Positions 53,965 to 64,000 of a stretch of 64,000 nucleotides of DNA are shown here, piece after piece. Position numbers and translations under genes: made by a program. The first letter of the stretch is position 1. Every line of letters starts with the position of its first letter. This stretch comes from Spirochaetaceae bacterium (GTDB lineage Bacteria > Spirochaetota > Spirochaetia > DSM-2461). The notes under the pieces were generated by a model. It saw nothing but the letters and a program-made list of their open reading frames with translations, searched no databases and was not told the DNA's origin. Where the stretch lies: positions 288,001 to 352,000 of the forward strand of contig JAOPTT010000009.1 of assembly GCA_051531975.1 (NCBI GenBank). Direction: 5' to 3'.

Positions 53965-55044
53965 TTATTGTAATTGATCCATTGTATAATAAGCAGAATC
54001 ATCGATTAGAACTTTTTTATAGTTTGTAATATCTACAGAAATTGGTTCACATAAATATGAAGGAACAACAATCTTTCCGTTAAAATATGTTGTAGTATCG
54101 TTAATTTCAGGTTCGCTTCCAGTTAATAAAGCCTGTACCATAGTTACTGCAACAGATGCTAAAGTTCTAGTATCTTTAAATACTGTGTGAGTTTGCTCGC
54201 CTGCAATAATTGATTTCATTGAAGCAACTTCTGCATCCTGACCAGTAATTATTGGTAAAGGAAGGTCATCGCTACCATAACCAATGTTTTTAACTGAAGA
54301 TAAAACACCAATTGAGATACCATCATAAGGTGATAAAATTGCATCTACTGTTTGTCCGTCTGCATAAAAAGCTGTTAAGATATTATCCATTCTTGTCTGA
54401 GCAGTTGCACCGTCCCATCTAAGAGTAGCACATTTATCCATTCCTTCTTGTTTAGACTGAATTACTAAGTTTCCTTCTAATATGTACTCTTCTAATACAC
54501 TTAAAGCACCATCGTAGAAAAAGTATGCATTGTTATCATCTGGAGAACCACCAAATAACTCAATATTAAATGGACCTTTCTCTCCTTTATCAAGACCTAA
54601 TGTTTCAACAATAAATGAACCTTGCTGAACACCAACTTTAAAGTTATCAAATGTTGCATAATATGATACATAATCTGAGTTTTTGATTAGTCTGTCATAA
54701 GCTATAACAGGAATTTCTTGCTCAGCAGCTTTCTCTAAAACACTAGTTAAAGCTTCACCGTCGATAGATGCAATAACAAGAGCATCAACACCCTTAGTTA
54801 TCATGTTCTCAATTTGAGATACCTGGTTTTCAACAACATCTTCAGCATATTGTAAGTCTACTTTATACCCTAAAGATTCAAGTTGTGACTTCATGTTATT
54901 ACCATCATCTACCCATCTTTCTGATGATTGAGTTGGCATTGCTACACCAATGTATTTAGCTCCATCATCTTCTTTGTTTCCAGTAGCAAATACTACACCA
55001 CATGTAACCAACAACATTAAAATAATGTTTAAACCTTTCTTCAT
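53965..55044 (-). CDS. chvE: Multiple-monosaccharide binding protein (ChvE-like)
   Basis: [33 protein letters not shown]. Confidence 0.9.
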   Translation of the reverse strand: MKKGLNIILMLLVTCGVVFATGNKEDDGAKYIGVAMPTQSSERWVDDGNNMKSQLESLGYKVDLQYAEDVVENQVSQIENMITKGVDALVIASIDGEALTSVLEKAAEQEIPVIAYDRLIKNSDYVSYYATFDNFKVGVQQGSFIVETLGLDKGEKGPFNIELFGGSPDDNNAYFFYDGALSVLEEYILEGNLVIQSKQEGMDKCATLRWDGATAQTRMDNILTAFYADGQTVDAILSPYDGISIGVLSSVKNIGYGSDDLPLPIITGQDAEVASMKSIIAGEQTHTVFKDTRTLASVAVTMVQALLTGSEPEINDTTTYFNGKIVVPSYLCEPISVDITNYKKVLIDDSAYYTMDQLQ

Positions 55045-55062
55045 TTATGACTCCTATAGTTT

Positions 55063-55080
55063 TGCGTTGTCGTTAACGCA
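55063..55080. promoter_or_regulatory. LacI-type operator 1, downstream of the chvE promoter
   Basis: Minus strand TGCGTTAACGACAACGCA; promoter TTGACA-17-TAGTAT at 55117-55089 (minus). Confidence 0.75.
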
Positions 55081-55198
55081 TCTAACTCATACTAGAGTCA
55101 TTTGCTTAGCTTGTCAAATTAATTATTGAAATATTTTAACAATTAATTATCTTTTATTTGAAATCTTTATTTGACATACTGAATCTTAGAGTGTAATA

Positions 55199-55216
55199 TG
55201 CGTTAACGAGCACGCA
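55199..55216. promoter_or_regulatory. LacI-type operator 2, at the araB promoter
   Basis: TGCGTTAACGAGCACGCA, 16/18 identical to operator 1; promoter TTGACA(55171)-17-TAATAT. Confidence 0.75.
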
Positions 55217-55244
55217 CTAGCGATATTAAAATTAAGGAGACATA

Positions 55245-56927
55245 ATGAGTGAAAACTATGTTATTGGGTTGGACTATGGAAGTGACTCAGTTAGAGCTAT
55301 AATTGTTAATACAACAGATGGGAAACAGTTAAGTGAATCTGTTTTTAATTACCCTAGGTGGGGGAAAGGGCTTTATTCAATACCTGAACAAAATCAGTTC
55401 AGACAACACCCTTTAGATTACCTAGAAGGACTTGAACATACAATTAAAGAATCTATTCTAAAAGCCGGAGCGGATGTAGCAAAAAATATAAAAGCAATAG
55501 CTTTAGATACTACAGGTTCTACACCTTGTGCAGTAAATAAAGAAGGTATACCACTTTCTTTATTACCAGAATATAAAGAAAACCCAAATGCTATGTTTAT
55601 TTTATGGAAAGACCATACTGCAATCAAAGAAGCAGCTGAGATAAATGACTTTGCACATAATAGTTCAGATATAGATTATACAAAATATGTTGGTGGAATA
55701 TACTCTTCGGAATGGTTATGGGCTAAGATTCTTCATACTATAAGAGTAGATGAAGATGTAAGACGAGATGCATTCTCATGGGTAGAACATACAGATTGGA
55801 TTCCAGCTGTTTTAACAGGAAATACTAACCCGTTAACTATGGATCGGTTTCGATGTGCAGCTGGACATAAAGGTATGTGGAATGAAGAGTTTGGTGGGCT
55901 ACCTTCAAATAAATTTCTAAGCAGTATAGACCCTCTATTATATGGTTTAAGAGATAGAATGGGATCTAATACTGTTACTGCAGAGAAATCAAGTGGAACA
56001 CTTTGTAAAGAGTGGGCAGAAAAACTTGGGCTTTCTACTGACGTTGTAATTGGTGGGGCAGCATTTGATTGTCATTTTGGTGCAGTAGGTGGCGGAATCG
56101 AAGCCTACGACATGGTTAAAGTTATTGGAACTAGCACCTGCGATATAGTTGTAGCTCCAAAAGATGATTTTGGGGATAAACTAATTAGTGGAATATGTGG
56201 TCAGGTTGATGGATCTGTTATTCCTAACATGATTGGCTTAGAAGCGGGGCAGTCCGCATTTGGTGATGCATATGCATGGTTTAAAAATGTAATTTTAGAT
56301 CCTTCTATTAAAATCATTACAGAGAGTCCTACATTCACTGACGAAACAAAACAAATACTGCTTAAAGAGTTATCAGAATCTCTGATTCCAACTCTTAGCA
56401 GAGAAGCTGGGAAGTTACCAATAAAAAGTAGTGTCGTAGCTCTAGACTGGATAAATGGTCGTAGAACTCCAGATGCAAACCAAGAATTAAAAGCTGGCTT
56501 TATTGGACTAAATATTGGAACAACTGTATATCAGATGTTTAAAGCCGTAGTTGATGCAACTGCTTTTGGTGCCCGAAGTATACAGGATCGGTTCACTGAA
56601 CAGGGGGTAGAGATTAGGCGTGTTATTGCAATTGGTGGAATCTCTAGGAAGTCACCTCTTGTTATGCAAACATTAGCAGATGTTCTAAACAGAGAAATTA
56701 TTGTTAGTACTTCTGATCAGGCTTGTGCCTTAGGTGCATGTATGTTTGCAGCTGTTGCCGGTGGGGTATATAAGACCATTGAAGAAGCTCAAAAACATAT
56801 GAACAGTGGGTATGATTTAACATATACACCAATCCCAGAAAATGTAGTTGAATACGATAAACTATATGAAAAATATAGAACATTTGGATCTTTTGTTGAG
56901 TCAATTACAGGAGATAATAATGAATAA
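55245..56927 (+). CDS. araB: L-ribulokinase
   Basis: GLDYGSDSVRA, LWKDHTA, GIYSSEW, DWINGRRTP. Confidence 0.95.
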   Translation: MSENYVIGLDYGSDSVRAIIVNTTDGKQLSESVFNYPRWGKGLYSIPEQNQFRQHPLDYLEGLEHTIKESILKAGADVAKNIKAIALDTTGSTPCAVNKEGIPLSLLPEYKENPNAMFILWKDHTAIKEAAEINDFAHNSSDIDYTKYVGGIYSSEWLWAKILHTIRVDEDVRRDAFSWVEHTDWIPAVLTGNTNPLTMDRFRCAAGHKGMWNEEFGGLPSNKFLSSIDPLLYGLRDRMGSNTVTAEKSSGTLCKEWAEKLGLSTDVVIGGAAFDCHFGAVGGGIEAYDMVKVIGTSTCDIVVAPKDDFGDKLISGICGQVDGSVIPNMIGLEAGQSAFGDAYAWFKNVILDPSIKIITESPTFTDETKQILLKELSESLIPTLSREAGKLPIKSSVVALDWINGRRTPDANQELKAGFIGLNIGTTVYQMFKAVVDATAFGARSIQDRFTEQGVEIRRVIAIGGISRKSPLVMQTLADVLNREIIVSTSDQACALGACMFAAVAGGVYKTIEEAQKHMNSGYDLTYTPIPENVVEYDKLYEKYRTFGSFVESITGDNNE

Positions 56928-57624
56928 TTATAAAGAACTTAAAGATATATGTTATGAAGCCAATATGGAAATTCCTAAAAGAAAATTAGCTATCTATACT
57001 TTTGGTAATGTAAGTGCATTTGATAAAAGTTCAGGTGTTTTTGCTATAAAGCCAAGCGGTGTTCCATACAGTAATTTAAAACCAGAGGATATGGTTTTGG
57101 TTGATTTAGAGGGTAAAATAGTTGAAGGGAAAATGAATCCATCCTCGGATACCAAAACCCATGTTGTTTTATATAAAACATTTCCAGAGTTAGGTGGAAT
57201 TGTTCATACTCACTCAACGTATTCTGTTGCATGGTCCCAGGCTTGTAGGGCGGTTCCTATCTATGGGACAACTCATGCAGATCATGTTGCAGGTAATATA
57301 CCAATAACAGAAATAATGTCAGATGAAATGATTAAAGGAAATTATGAGGAGCAAACAGGATACCAAATTCTGAATGTCTTAAAAAATAATGATCTGAGTC
57401 CAGCTGAAGTCCAGATGGTTTTAGTTGCATGTCATGGTCCTTTTACCTGGGGGGCAACTCCTGAAAAAGCTGTATATAACGCAGCCGTTTTAGAAGAGCT
57501 TTGTAAAATGGCATACCTAACAGAGGGAATCAATGCAAAAATAAATCCAATGAAAGATAGTTTAGTAAATAAACATTATCAGAGAAAACATGGTAAAGAT
57601 GCCTATTATGGTCAAAAGCGTTAA
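56920..57624 (+). CDS. araD: L-ribulose-5-phosphate 4-epimerase
   Basis: GNVS, IKPSG, PSSDTKTH, HTHS, GTTHAD, KHGKDAYYGQ; GGAG RBS before ATG 56920. Confidence 0.96.
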   Translation: MNNYKELKDICYEANMEIPKRKLAIYTFGNVSAFDKSSGVFAIKPSGVPYSNLKPEDMVLVDLEGKIVEGKMNPSSDTKTHVVLYKTFPELGGIVHTHSTYSVAWSQACRAVPIYGTTHADHVAGNIPITEIMSDEMIKGNYEEQTGYQILNVLKNNDLSPAEVQMVLVACHGPFTWGATPEKAVYNAAVLEELCKMAYLTEGINAKINPMKDSLVNKHYQRKHGKDAYYGQKR

Positions 57625-57634
57625 CAAGGACGCA
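57617..57634. promoter_or_regulatory. Probable third LacI-type operator between araD and araA
   Basis: AGCGTTAACAAGGACGCA, 15/18 identical to operator 2. Confidence 0.55.
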
Positions 57635-57649
57635 AGAGGAGAAGATAAA

Positions 57650-59170
57650 ATGAAAGTTTATAATAAAATGAAAATATGGATGGTCTCAGGTAGTCAACAT
57701 CTATATGGAGAAGAGACTCTAAAACAGGTTAAATCTAATACAAAAGAAATATCAGACTATCTTGATACCCAAGACAATGTTTCTGCAAATGTTGAGTATA
57801 AAGGTATTTTAACAACTCAGGATGAAATTACAGATTTTTGCATAAAAGCAAGTGCTGATAAAAATTGTGGTGGTGTCATATTATGGATGCATACATTCTC
57901 TCCATCAAAAATGTGGATTAATGGACTTAAGTCTATGACAAAACCAATGTTACATCTACACACTCAGTTTGGAAAAAATATACCCTGGGATTCTATCGAT
58001 ATGGATTTTATGAATCTTAATCAGTCTGCTCACGGTGGTAGAGAGCATGGTTTTATTAATACCCGAATGAAAATAGATAGAAAAGTTGTTGTTGGATACT
58101 GGAAAGAGTCTGATGTTATTAAACAAGTAGACTCATGGATTAGAGCAGCAGCAGCTCATTTTGATATGAAAACAGGTAAAATTTGTCGTTTTGGTGACAA
58201 TATGAGAAATGTTGCAGTAACTGAAGGGGACAAAGTCGCAGCCCACATTAACTTCGGTTATAACGTTTTAGGTTATGGTGTTAGCGATCTTGCAAAAGTT
58301 ATTGAAACAATTAGTGAATCTCAGATAGACAGTTTAATTAGTGAATATCTATTAAACTACAAAGTTAGCCCTGAATTACAAGAAGATGGTTCAAGACATT
58401 CGTCTCTAAGAGATGCAGCTAGACTTGAATTAGGAATGGAAAGATTTCTTACAGATGGAGATTTTTGTGCATTTACAACAACATTTGAAGATCTTACAGG
58501 ATTGTGTCAACTACCAGGATTAGCCTGTCAGAGACTAATGGAAAAAGGTTATGGTTTTGCTGGGGAAGGAGACTGGAAAACTGCGGCATTAGTTAGAGCC
58601 ATGAAGGTCATGGGGAAAGGCAAACTTGGTGGGACTTCATTTATGGAAGACTATACATATCATATGGATTCAGATAATCCTATGGTTTTAGGTTCCCATA
58701 TGTTAGAAGTTTGCCCTACAATTTCAGGTGATAATCCTGTAAAACTAGAAGTTCATAAACTTGGTATTGGTGGAAAAGAAGATCCTGTTAGAATGGTTTT
58801 TAATGCTTCTGGTGGTGCATCTCTAAATGCATCGTTAATGGATATGGGAAACAGATTTAGACTTTTAATTAACGAAGTAGATACTTTAGATGCTATAGAG
58901 GATCTACCTAAACTACCTGTTGCAAGAGCTGTTTGGAAGCCACAGCCAGACTTTAAAACAGCAGCAGTAAGTTGGATATTGTCCGGGGGTGCACACCATA
59001 CAAGTTATAGTAAAGATGTTACATCAGAAATGTTAATAGATTATGCTGAAATATGTGGAATAGAGACAATCATAATAGATAAAGATACAACAATCCCAAA
59101 TCTTAAAAATGAATTAAAGTGGAATGACTTATATTATACAATGAAAGGTTTTGCTGGTGGGATCTCGTGA
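57650..59170 (+). CDS. araA: L-arabinose isomerase
   Basis: GSQHLYG, WMHTFSP, NQSAHG, GEGDWK, GGAHH. Confidence 0.97.
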   Translation: MKVYNKMKIWMVSGSQHLYGEETLKQVKSNTKEISDYLDTQDNVSANVEYKGILTTQDEITDFCIKASADKNCGGVILWMHTFSPSKMWINGLKSMTKPMLHLHTQFGKNIPWDSIDMDFMNLNQSAHGGREHGFINTRMKIDRKVVVGYWKESDVIKQVDSWIRAAAAHFDMKTGKICRFGDNMRNVAVTEGDKVAAHINFGYNVLGYGVSDLAKVIETISESQIDSLISEYLLNYKVSPELQEDGSRHSSLRDAARLELGMERFLTDGDFCAFTTTFEDLTGLCQLPGLACQRLMEKGYGFAGEGDWKTAALVRAMKVMGKGKLGGTSFMEDYTYHMDSDNPMVLGSHMLEVCPTISGDNPVKLEVHKLGIGGKEDPVRMVFNASGGASLNASLMDMGNRFRLLINEVDTLDAIEDLPKLPVARAVWKPQPDFKTAAVSWILSGGAHHTSYSKDVTSEMLIDYAEICGIETIIIDKDTTIPNLKNELKWNDLYYTMKGFAGGIS

Positions 59171-61230
59171 ATTTAAATCCAGAAAACATAAAAAAATTAG
59201 GAGATTATCTACGATATCTTTCTACAATGGGTATCCAAAGAGCAAACTCTGGTCACCCAGGTCTACCCCTAGGATGTGCTGATATTGCTATCTCTTTATA
59301 TGGGAATATAATGAAGGGTACATCATCAAATCCAGAATGGATGAATAGGGATAGGTTTATTTTATCTGCAGGCCACGGTTCTATGTTAGTTTATGCGTTA
59401 AATTATATATTTGGTTATGATTTTTCTATTGGAGATTTAGCTAACTTTAGACAACTTAACTCTAAAACTGCAGGTCATCCAGAATATGAACATGAATTAG
59501 GAATAGAGACAACTACAGGTCCTTTAGGACAAGGGTTTGCAAATGCTGTTGGAGTTGCTATTGAAGCAAAAATGATGGCAGCTAGATTTAATACAATGGA
59601 CTTTACTCTGTTTAACTATAAAACTTATGTATTAATGGGTGATGGTTGTACTATGGAAGGTATGACTAACGAAGCAGCATCCATAGCAGGTTCTCTTGGC
59701 TTAGACAATTTAATAGCAATTTATGATGATAACAGTGTGACAATTGATGAATCTTCTATGGACCTTTTTAGAGAGGATGTTAAAGCAAGATATGAGGCTT
59801 TAGGCTGGGAAGTTTTAGAATCCCCAATAGGTACAGATCTAAAAGATTTAAATGATAAATTAGATACATTAAGAGACTCAAATTCTGGGAAACCAAAGCT
59901 ATTAATTGTTAAAACTAAAATAGGAGAAGGTCTAGATACTTTAAAGGGCCGACATAAAGCTCATGGTGCCCCTGTTGGAGTTAAAGAGATAGCTTATTTA
60001 GTTGAAAACTCTGACCTTAAAAATATTGCTAGAACCAATAACCAAGTAGAAGCACAGGAATTACTTGAAAAGCAGCTATTAACTGGTGACTTTTTCAATA
60101 TGTCAAACTTCAAAGATATTATAGCTGATGTTTTAGAAACAAGAGAGAGCTATAATGATGAGTGGGAAGCTCTACTTATCGGATATAAAATTAAACATCC
60201 AGATAAATATGCTAATTTATTAAAGCATAAAACAAATGGAATTACTAAAGAACTTAGAGATGAGTTATTAAATTATGTCGGAGAAGCTGATGCAACAAGA
60301 AATACTTCTGCAGATGTACTACAGATTGTTGCTAAGTTTACAGATAAAATAATTGGTGGTTGTGCAGACCTAGTAGCATCCACTAAAGCAACTATTAAAG
60401 GTGCAGATTATATTACTAGGTCAGACTTCTCTGGTAGAAATATAGCATTTGGAGTTAGGGAAGCTGCAATGGGTGGAATAGGAAATGGACTTGCTTTAAG
60501 TCGTGACTTTATCCCTTTTACATCAACATTTTTTACTTTTATAGACTATATGAAGCCAGCAGTTAGACTTGCATCTTTAATGAAAATAAATCATCTTTTT
60601 ATTTTTACCCATGACTCGATATATGTAGGGGAAGATGGGCCCACACATGAGCCTATTGAACATTTAGGAGCCACAAGACTTATCCCAGGACTTTATACTT
60701 ACAGACCTGCAAATGATATGGAGATGGGTTTTGCATATCTTGAGTTTATGGAAACAGAAGGGCCAGCTGTTATTTTAGGAACAAGACAGGTTTTAAACGA
60801 GAAGCTTTTTGGTTTAATAGCGGATAGAGAGAAGGCTTATGAGAGTTTTAAAAAAGGTGCATATGTTTTATTTGATACCAATGGTAAGGCCGATGTTACA
60901 TTAGCTGGCTCAGGTTCAGAAGTTAGTACTTTATTAGAAGCTAAAGATATTTTAGAGGCTAAGGGTAAAAAAGTTCGTTTAGTATCAATTCCATGTTTAG
61001 AGAAGTTTGAAGAACAGGGTAGGGGTTATGCTTTAGAGATATTAGGTGATGCACCAATCTATTTTATGGAGACTGCATCCCATAGAGGTAATAAAGTATT
61101 TTACAATGATAATATTTTGGTTCGAGATATTACAACTTTTGGTTGCTCAGGAAATTATAAAGATGTTGCTAAACATTTTGGTTTTGTAGGTGACGCTGCA
61201 GCTAAAGAAATATTAGACTTTATTCTATAA
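59167..61230 (+). CDS. tkt: Transketolase
   Basis: SGHPG, GHPE, TTGPLGQG, GDG..EG, THDS..GEDGPTH. Confidence 0.95.
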   Translation: MNLNPENIKKLGDYLRYLSTMGIQRANSGHPGLPLGCADIAISLYGNIMKGTSSNPEWMNRDRFILSAGHGSMLVYALNYIFGYDFSIGDLANFRQLNSKTAGHPEYEHELGIETTTGPLGQGFANAVGVAIEAKMMAARFNTMDFTLFNYKTYVLMGDGCTMEGMTNEAASIAGSLGLDNLIAIYDDNSVTIDESSMDLFREDVKARYEALGWEVLESPIGTDLKDLNDKLDTLRDSNSGKPKLLIVKTKIGEGLDTLKGRHKAHGAPVGVKEIAYLVENSDLKNIARTNNQVEAQELLEKQLLTGDFFNMSNFKDIIADVLETRESYNDEWEALLIGYKIKHPDKYANLLKHKTNGITKELRDELLNYVGEADATRNTSADVLQIVAKFTDKIIGGCADLVASTKATIKGADYITRSDFSGRNIAFGVREAAMGGIGNGLALSRDFIPFTSTFFTFIDYMKPAVRLASLMKINHLFIFTHDSIYVGEDGPTHEPIEHLGATRLIPGLYTYRPANDMEMGFAYLEFMETEGPAVILGTRQVLNEKLFGLIADREKAYESFKKGAYVLFDTNGKADVTLAGSGSEVSTLLEAKDILEAKGKKVRLVSIPCLEKFEEQGRGYALEILGDAPIYFMETASHRGNKVFYNDNILVRDITTFGCSGNYKDVAKHFGFVGDAAAKEILDFIL

Positions 61231-61238
61231 GTTAATGT

Positions 61239-61272
61239 AAAAACCAGATTGTATAATATCAATCTGGTTTTT
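61239..61272. terminator. Bidirectional terminator between tkt and the GH43 gene
   Basis: aaaaaccagattg...caatctggttttt. Confidence 0.8.
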
Positions 61273-61287
61273 TATTATGTTATGAAA

Positions 61288-62205
61288 TTAATAATCCATA
61301 TTAAATTTTACAACTTTGGTATGGCGATTTATATCATGAAGAGGATCACCTATAATCTCTTCATAATCTCTAGCATGGTATACCATTATTGGTGTTTTAT
61401 TGTCTTCTGCATAGGTGAAACAATTATGTCCTGGTCCAAACTCACTTATCTCACTATCAGACTTTCTTATTGGATTATTGTGTTTAATCCAGGACTCCTT
61501 GAGCATTAGATCATCATCTTCATTTGCAATAAGAACTCCCATTGCATAGTTAGCATCTGTTGCACTTCCAGAATAGGATAAAATAATACTACTATTTTGT
61601 TTTAAAATATAAGGTCCTTCATTTACTTTGTATCCAATTGTTTCCCATGGTAATTCTGGTTTTGTCAACATTACCTGCTTGCCCTCAATCTCAGAAGGGG
61701 ACTTCATTTTAGCAATGTAGATATTTGAGTTCCCATCTATCTGTGAATCCTTCTGAGCCCATAATAAGTATCTCTGACCATTGTTTTCAAATGTTGTAGC
61801 ATCTAAAGAGAATGATTCCCAGTTAGTTTTAACCTGACCAAGTTCCTTCCAGTTATTAGTTAATGGGTTAGTGTCCGTGCATTCAATTACATAGATCTTG
61901 TGGGCATTACCATCAAAATGATTTAAGGATACAGTATCTCTTGCAGCAAAATATATATACCATGCATCATCAATAAAGTGAATTTCTGGTGCCCATATAT
62001 AACTACTCATTTCACCTTTGTCATGTTTAAGCCAAATATCTACTTCTTTTGCTTTAGATAATCCTGAAATAGTTTTTGATCTTCTTAATATTATTTTATC
62101 ATATTCAGGAACTGTGGCTGTGAAATAATAAAATCCGTCCCCATGTTTATATATATGGGGATCTGCTCTATGCTCTATAATTACTGATGCTTCATCATAA
62201 TTCAT
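61288..62205 (-). CDS. GH43 alpha-L-arabinofuranosidase-like
   Basis: RADP, IWAPE, SLDAT, VNEGP, GPGHN. Confidence 0.9.
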   Translation of the reverse strand: MNYDEASVIIEHRADPHIYKHGDGFYYFTATVPEYDKIILRRSKTISGLSKAKEVDIWLKHDKGEMSSYIWAPEIHFIDDAWYIYFAARDTVSLNHFDGNAHKIYVIECTDTNPLTNNWKELGQVKTNWESFSLDATTFENNGQRYLLWAQKDSQIDGNSNIYIAKMKSPSEIEGKQVMLTKPELPWETIGYKVNEGPYILKQNSSIILSYSGSATDANYAMGVLIANEDDDLMLKESWIKHNNPIRKSDSEISEFGPGHNCFTYAEDNKTPIMVYHARDYEEIIGDPLHDINRHTKVVKFNMDY

Positions 62206-62289
62206 TTTATCTCCTCCTTTAACATTATTTGGGCGTAGCTCACCCGTAAAAAGTTTTAATTTTAATTTTTATATATTATTTATTTGATT

Positions 62290-63303
62290 CTATTTAAGGT
62301 AAGGCCAACCCTCTTCGTCCCAGTTTATATAATCTATTCTAAGAGTTGCGACTCCATTATTCTCATTATCATAAGCGTGGTAAATTAATATTGATTCATT
62401 ATCATATTTATATACAGCATTATGACCTGGCCCCTTCCATCTCTCATCAGCTTTTTTGATAACAGTTCCACCACCATTCAACATCGATTTACCACTTTTG
62501 TCAAAATACTCACCATCGATACTAAAAGATCTTCCAACAGCTATTTTGTAAGTACTTCTAACACCTTTGCAGCATGAATCAAAGGATACAAACAGGTAAT
62601 AATATCCATTGTTATAGATAATAAATGGAGCTTCTACTGCAGTTGAGCTGGGTCTTGATGCAATAGAGATTAAGGAACTTCCTTCTTTTGGTTTTAGACT
62701 CTTTTTATCTAATTTTACTAATTTAAGTCCACCCCAAAAAGAACCAAAACTTAACCATGTTTCACCTTCTTGATCAACGATAAAGTTAGGATCAATACAG
62801 TTGTAATTATCAGATATTGTTGAACCCACTACTAAACCCATATCGTGCCACTTATAATCTGGAGACTTCTTATCCAATGTTTTATTTGTTAATAGACCAA
62901 TAACAGATCTATTCTTCCCAAATGTTGAGACAGAATAAAATAGATTATATCTTCCATTGTAATAAGAAATGTCTGGTGCCCATATATTGGATGTAGATCC
63001 AGGAACTAAATCTTTAGCCCATTGTGGTGTTTTTTTTATTACCTGCCCATAGTGAGACCAGTTTTTCCCATCTTTTGAGCTTTTCATTTTCATGCCACTA
63101 CCAGTATAAAAAGCATACCAGGTGTCTTTTTGTCGAATAACTACTGGATCGTGGGCTGATAAATCTCCAGTTAGTTCCCAATCTATCTCATTTAAATTTA
63201 TTTTTTCTGATTTATCTCTATTACCATAACTGATACAACTTACAGTAAAAAGATTAATAATGGTAACGAAGGAAATTACCATTATTGATCTAATTATTTT
63301 CAC
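62290..63303 (-). CDS. GH43 endo-1,5-alpha-L-arabinanase-like, probable lipoprotein
   Basis: HDP, WAPD, NCIDP, FGSFWGG, EAPF, CCKG, GPGH; TVSC lipobox-like. Confidence 0.9.
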   Translation of the reverse strand: MKIIRSIMVISFVTIINLFTVSCISYGNRDKSEKINLNEIDWELTGDLSAHDPVVIRQKDTWYAFYTGSGMKMKSSKDGKNWSHYGQVIKKTPQWAKDLVPGSTSNIWAPDISYYNGRYNLFYSVSTFGKNRSVIGLLTNKTLDKKSPDYKWHDMGLVVGSTISDNYNCIDPNFIVDQEGETWLSFGSFWGGLKLVKLDKKSLKPKEGSSLISIASRPSSTAVEAPFIIYNNGYYYLFVSFDSCCKGVRSTYKIAVGRSFSIDGEYFDKSGKSMLNGGGTVIKKADERWKGPGHNAVYKYDNESILIYHAYDNENNGVATLRIDYINWDEEGWPYLK

Positions 63304-64000
63304 TGTTTCTTAATCCTTATACAGTTCCAACTTAGATTTTTTAGTGATCCAGAAAGTTTACCGTTATCAAGTTTTAAACCTTCTCCCATACTAGGCACAA
63401 CTTCATTAGGTTTATCTTTAGTATTAACAGCTTTAATATCTGAATGTACCATAACGACATGCTCTTCTAGGATATAATCCTCAAACCCTCCAAGATTAAT
63501 TTCTACTGATAAGTCATCTAGAACAGATCTATTTATAATGAAAAGTGTTAATTCATCTTTATCCTCATTATATACAGCAGTAGAATCAATATATGGTACA
63601 GTTCCAAATTTTGTATTTTCATAAGTCGGAGATAATATTGACAGATCCAATACCTTTCCACGACCATATTTTGATGCATAATAAACTGGATAAAAAATCG
63701 TTTGCCTCCACGTTGGGCCACCATTTTCAGTCATAATAGGTGCTATGACATTTACTAACTGAGCAAGACAACCTATTTTAACCCTATCAGCATGTCGAAG
63801 AAGTGAATTTAACATTCCTCCAACAACAAGTGCATCTTCAAAATTATAACAATCTTCTAAAAGTGCAGGGCCAATCTTCCATGGAGTCTCTTTGTATATA
63901 TCCTCGTCTTGCTCATTCGAGTGGTACCAAACATTCCACTCATCAAAAGAGATATTAATTGTTTTTTTACTTCTTTTTTTTGCTTTTACAAAATCACATG
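63300..64000 (-). CDS. abfA: GH51 alpha-L-arabinofuranosidase, C-terminal part; 5' end lies outside the window
   Basis: SFDEWNVWYH..LLED..FEDAL, HADRVKIGCLAQLVNVIAPIMT, WRQTIFYP. Confidence 0.92.
   Translation of the reverse strand, partial: CDFVKAKKRSKKTINISFDEWNVWYHSNEQDEDIYKETPWKIGPALLEDCYNFEDALVVGGMLNSLLRHADRVKIGCLAQLVNVIAPIMTENGGPTWRQTIFYPVYYASKYGRGKVLDLSILSPTYENTKFGTVPYIDSTAVYNEDKDELTLFIINRSVLDDLSVEINLGGFEDYILEEHVVMVHSDIKAVNTKDKPNEVVPSMGEGLKLDNGKLSGSLKNLSWNCIRIKKQ

Overview
AT-rich bacterial chromosome segment, probably from a free-living spirochaete (inferred from the 'FA-x-G'-type solute-binding-protein signal peptides and the 'LLEGNLVKDP'-type SSB). It is dominated by carbohydrate use: an AraGH-type ABC system with an MCP, a dehydratase/SDR/lactonase-RraA operon, and a large arabinan/L-arabinose locus (GH51, 2x GH43, GH127/146-like, chvE-gguAB, araBDA, tkt). 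Housekeeping genes include rex-serC-serA, aspS, nifS-nifU and purA. The main result is a nested, integrase-free insertion of about 20.5 kb between nifU and purA. An outer unit of about 1.5 kb (M23 peptidase plus a membrane protein) sits inside the nifU/purA terminator hairpin. Its M23 gene is split by two tandem elements (22596-24599 and 24605-41479). Each element is bounded by a 5'-truncated ssb gene at one end and a conserved ~116-bp non-coding end at the other, and the junctions carry three different 5-bp spacers. Cargo is an AAA/DUF4143-like ATPase in one element and an Rpn pseudogene plus a ~15-kb glycan-utilisation cluster in the other. All alignments and counts were made by eye and family assignments come from motif recognition; no database searches were run.
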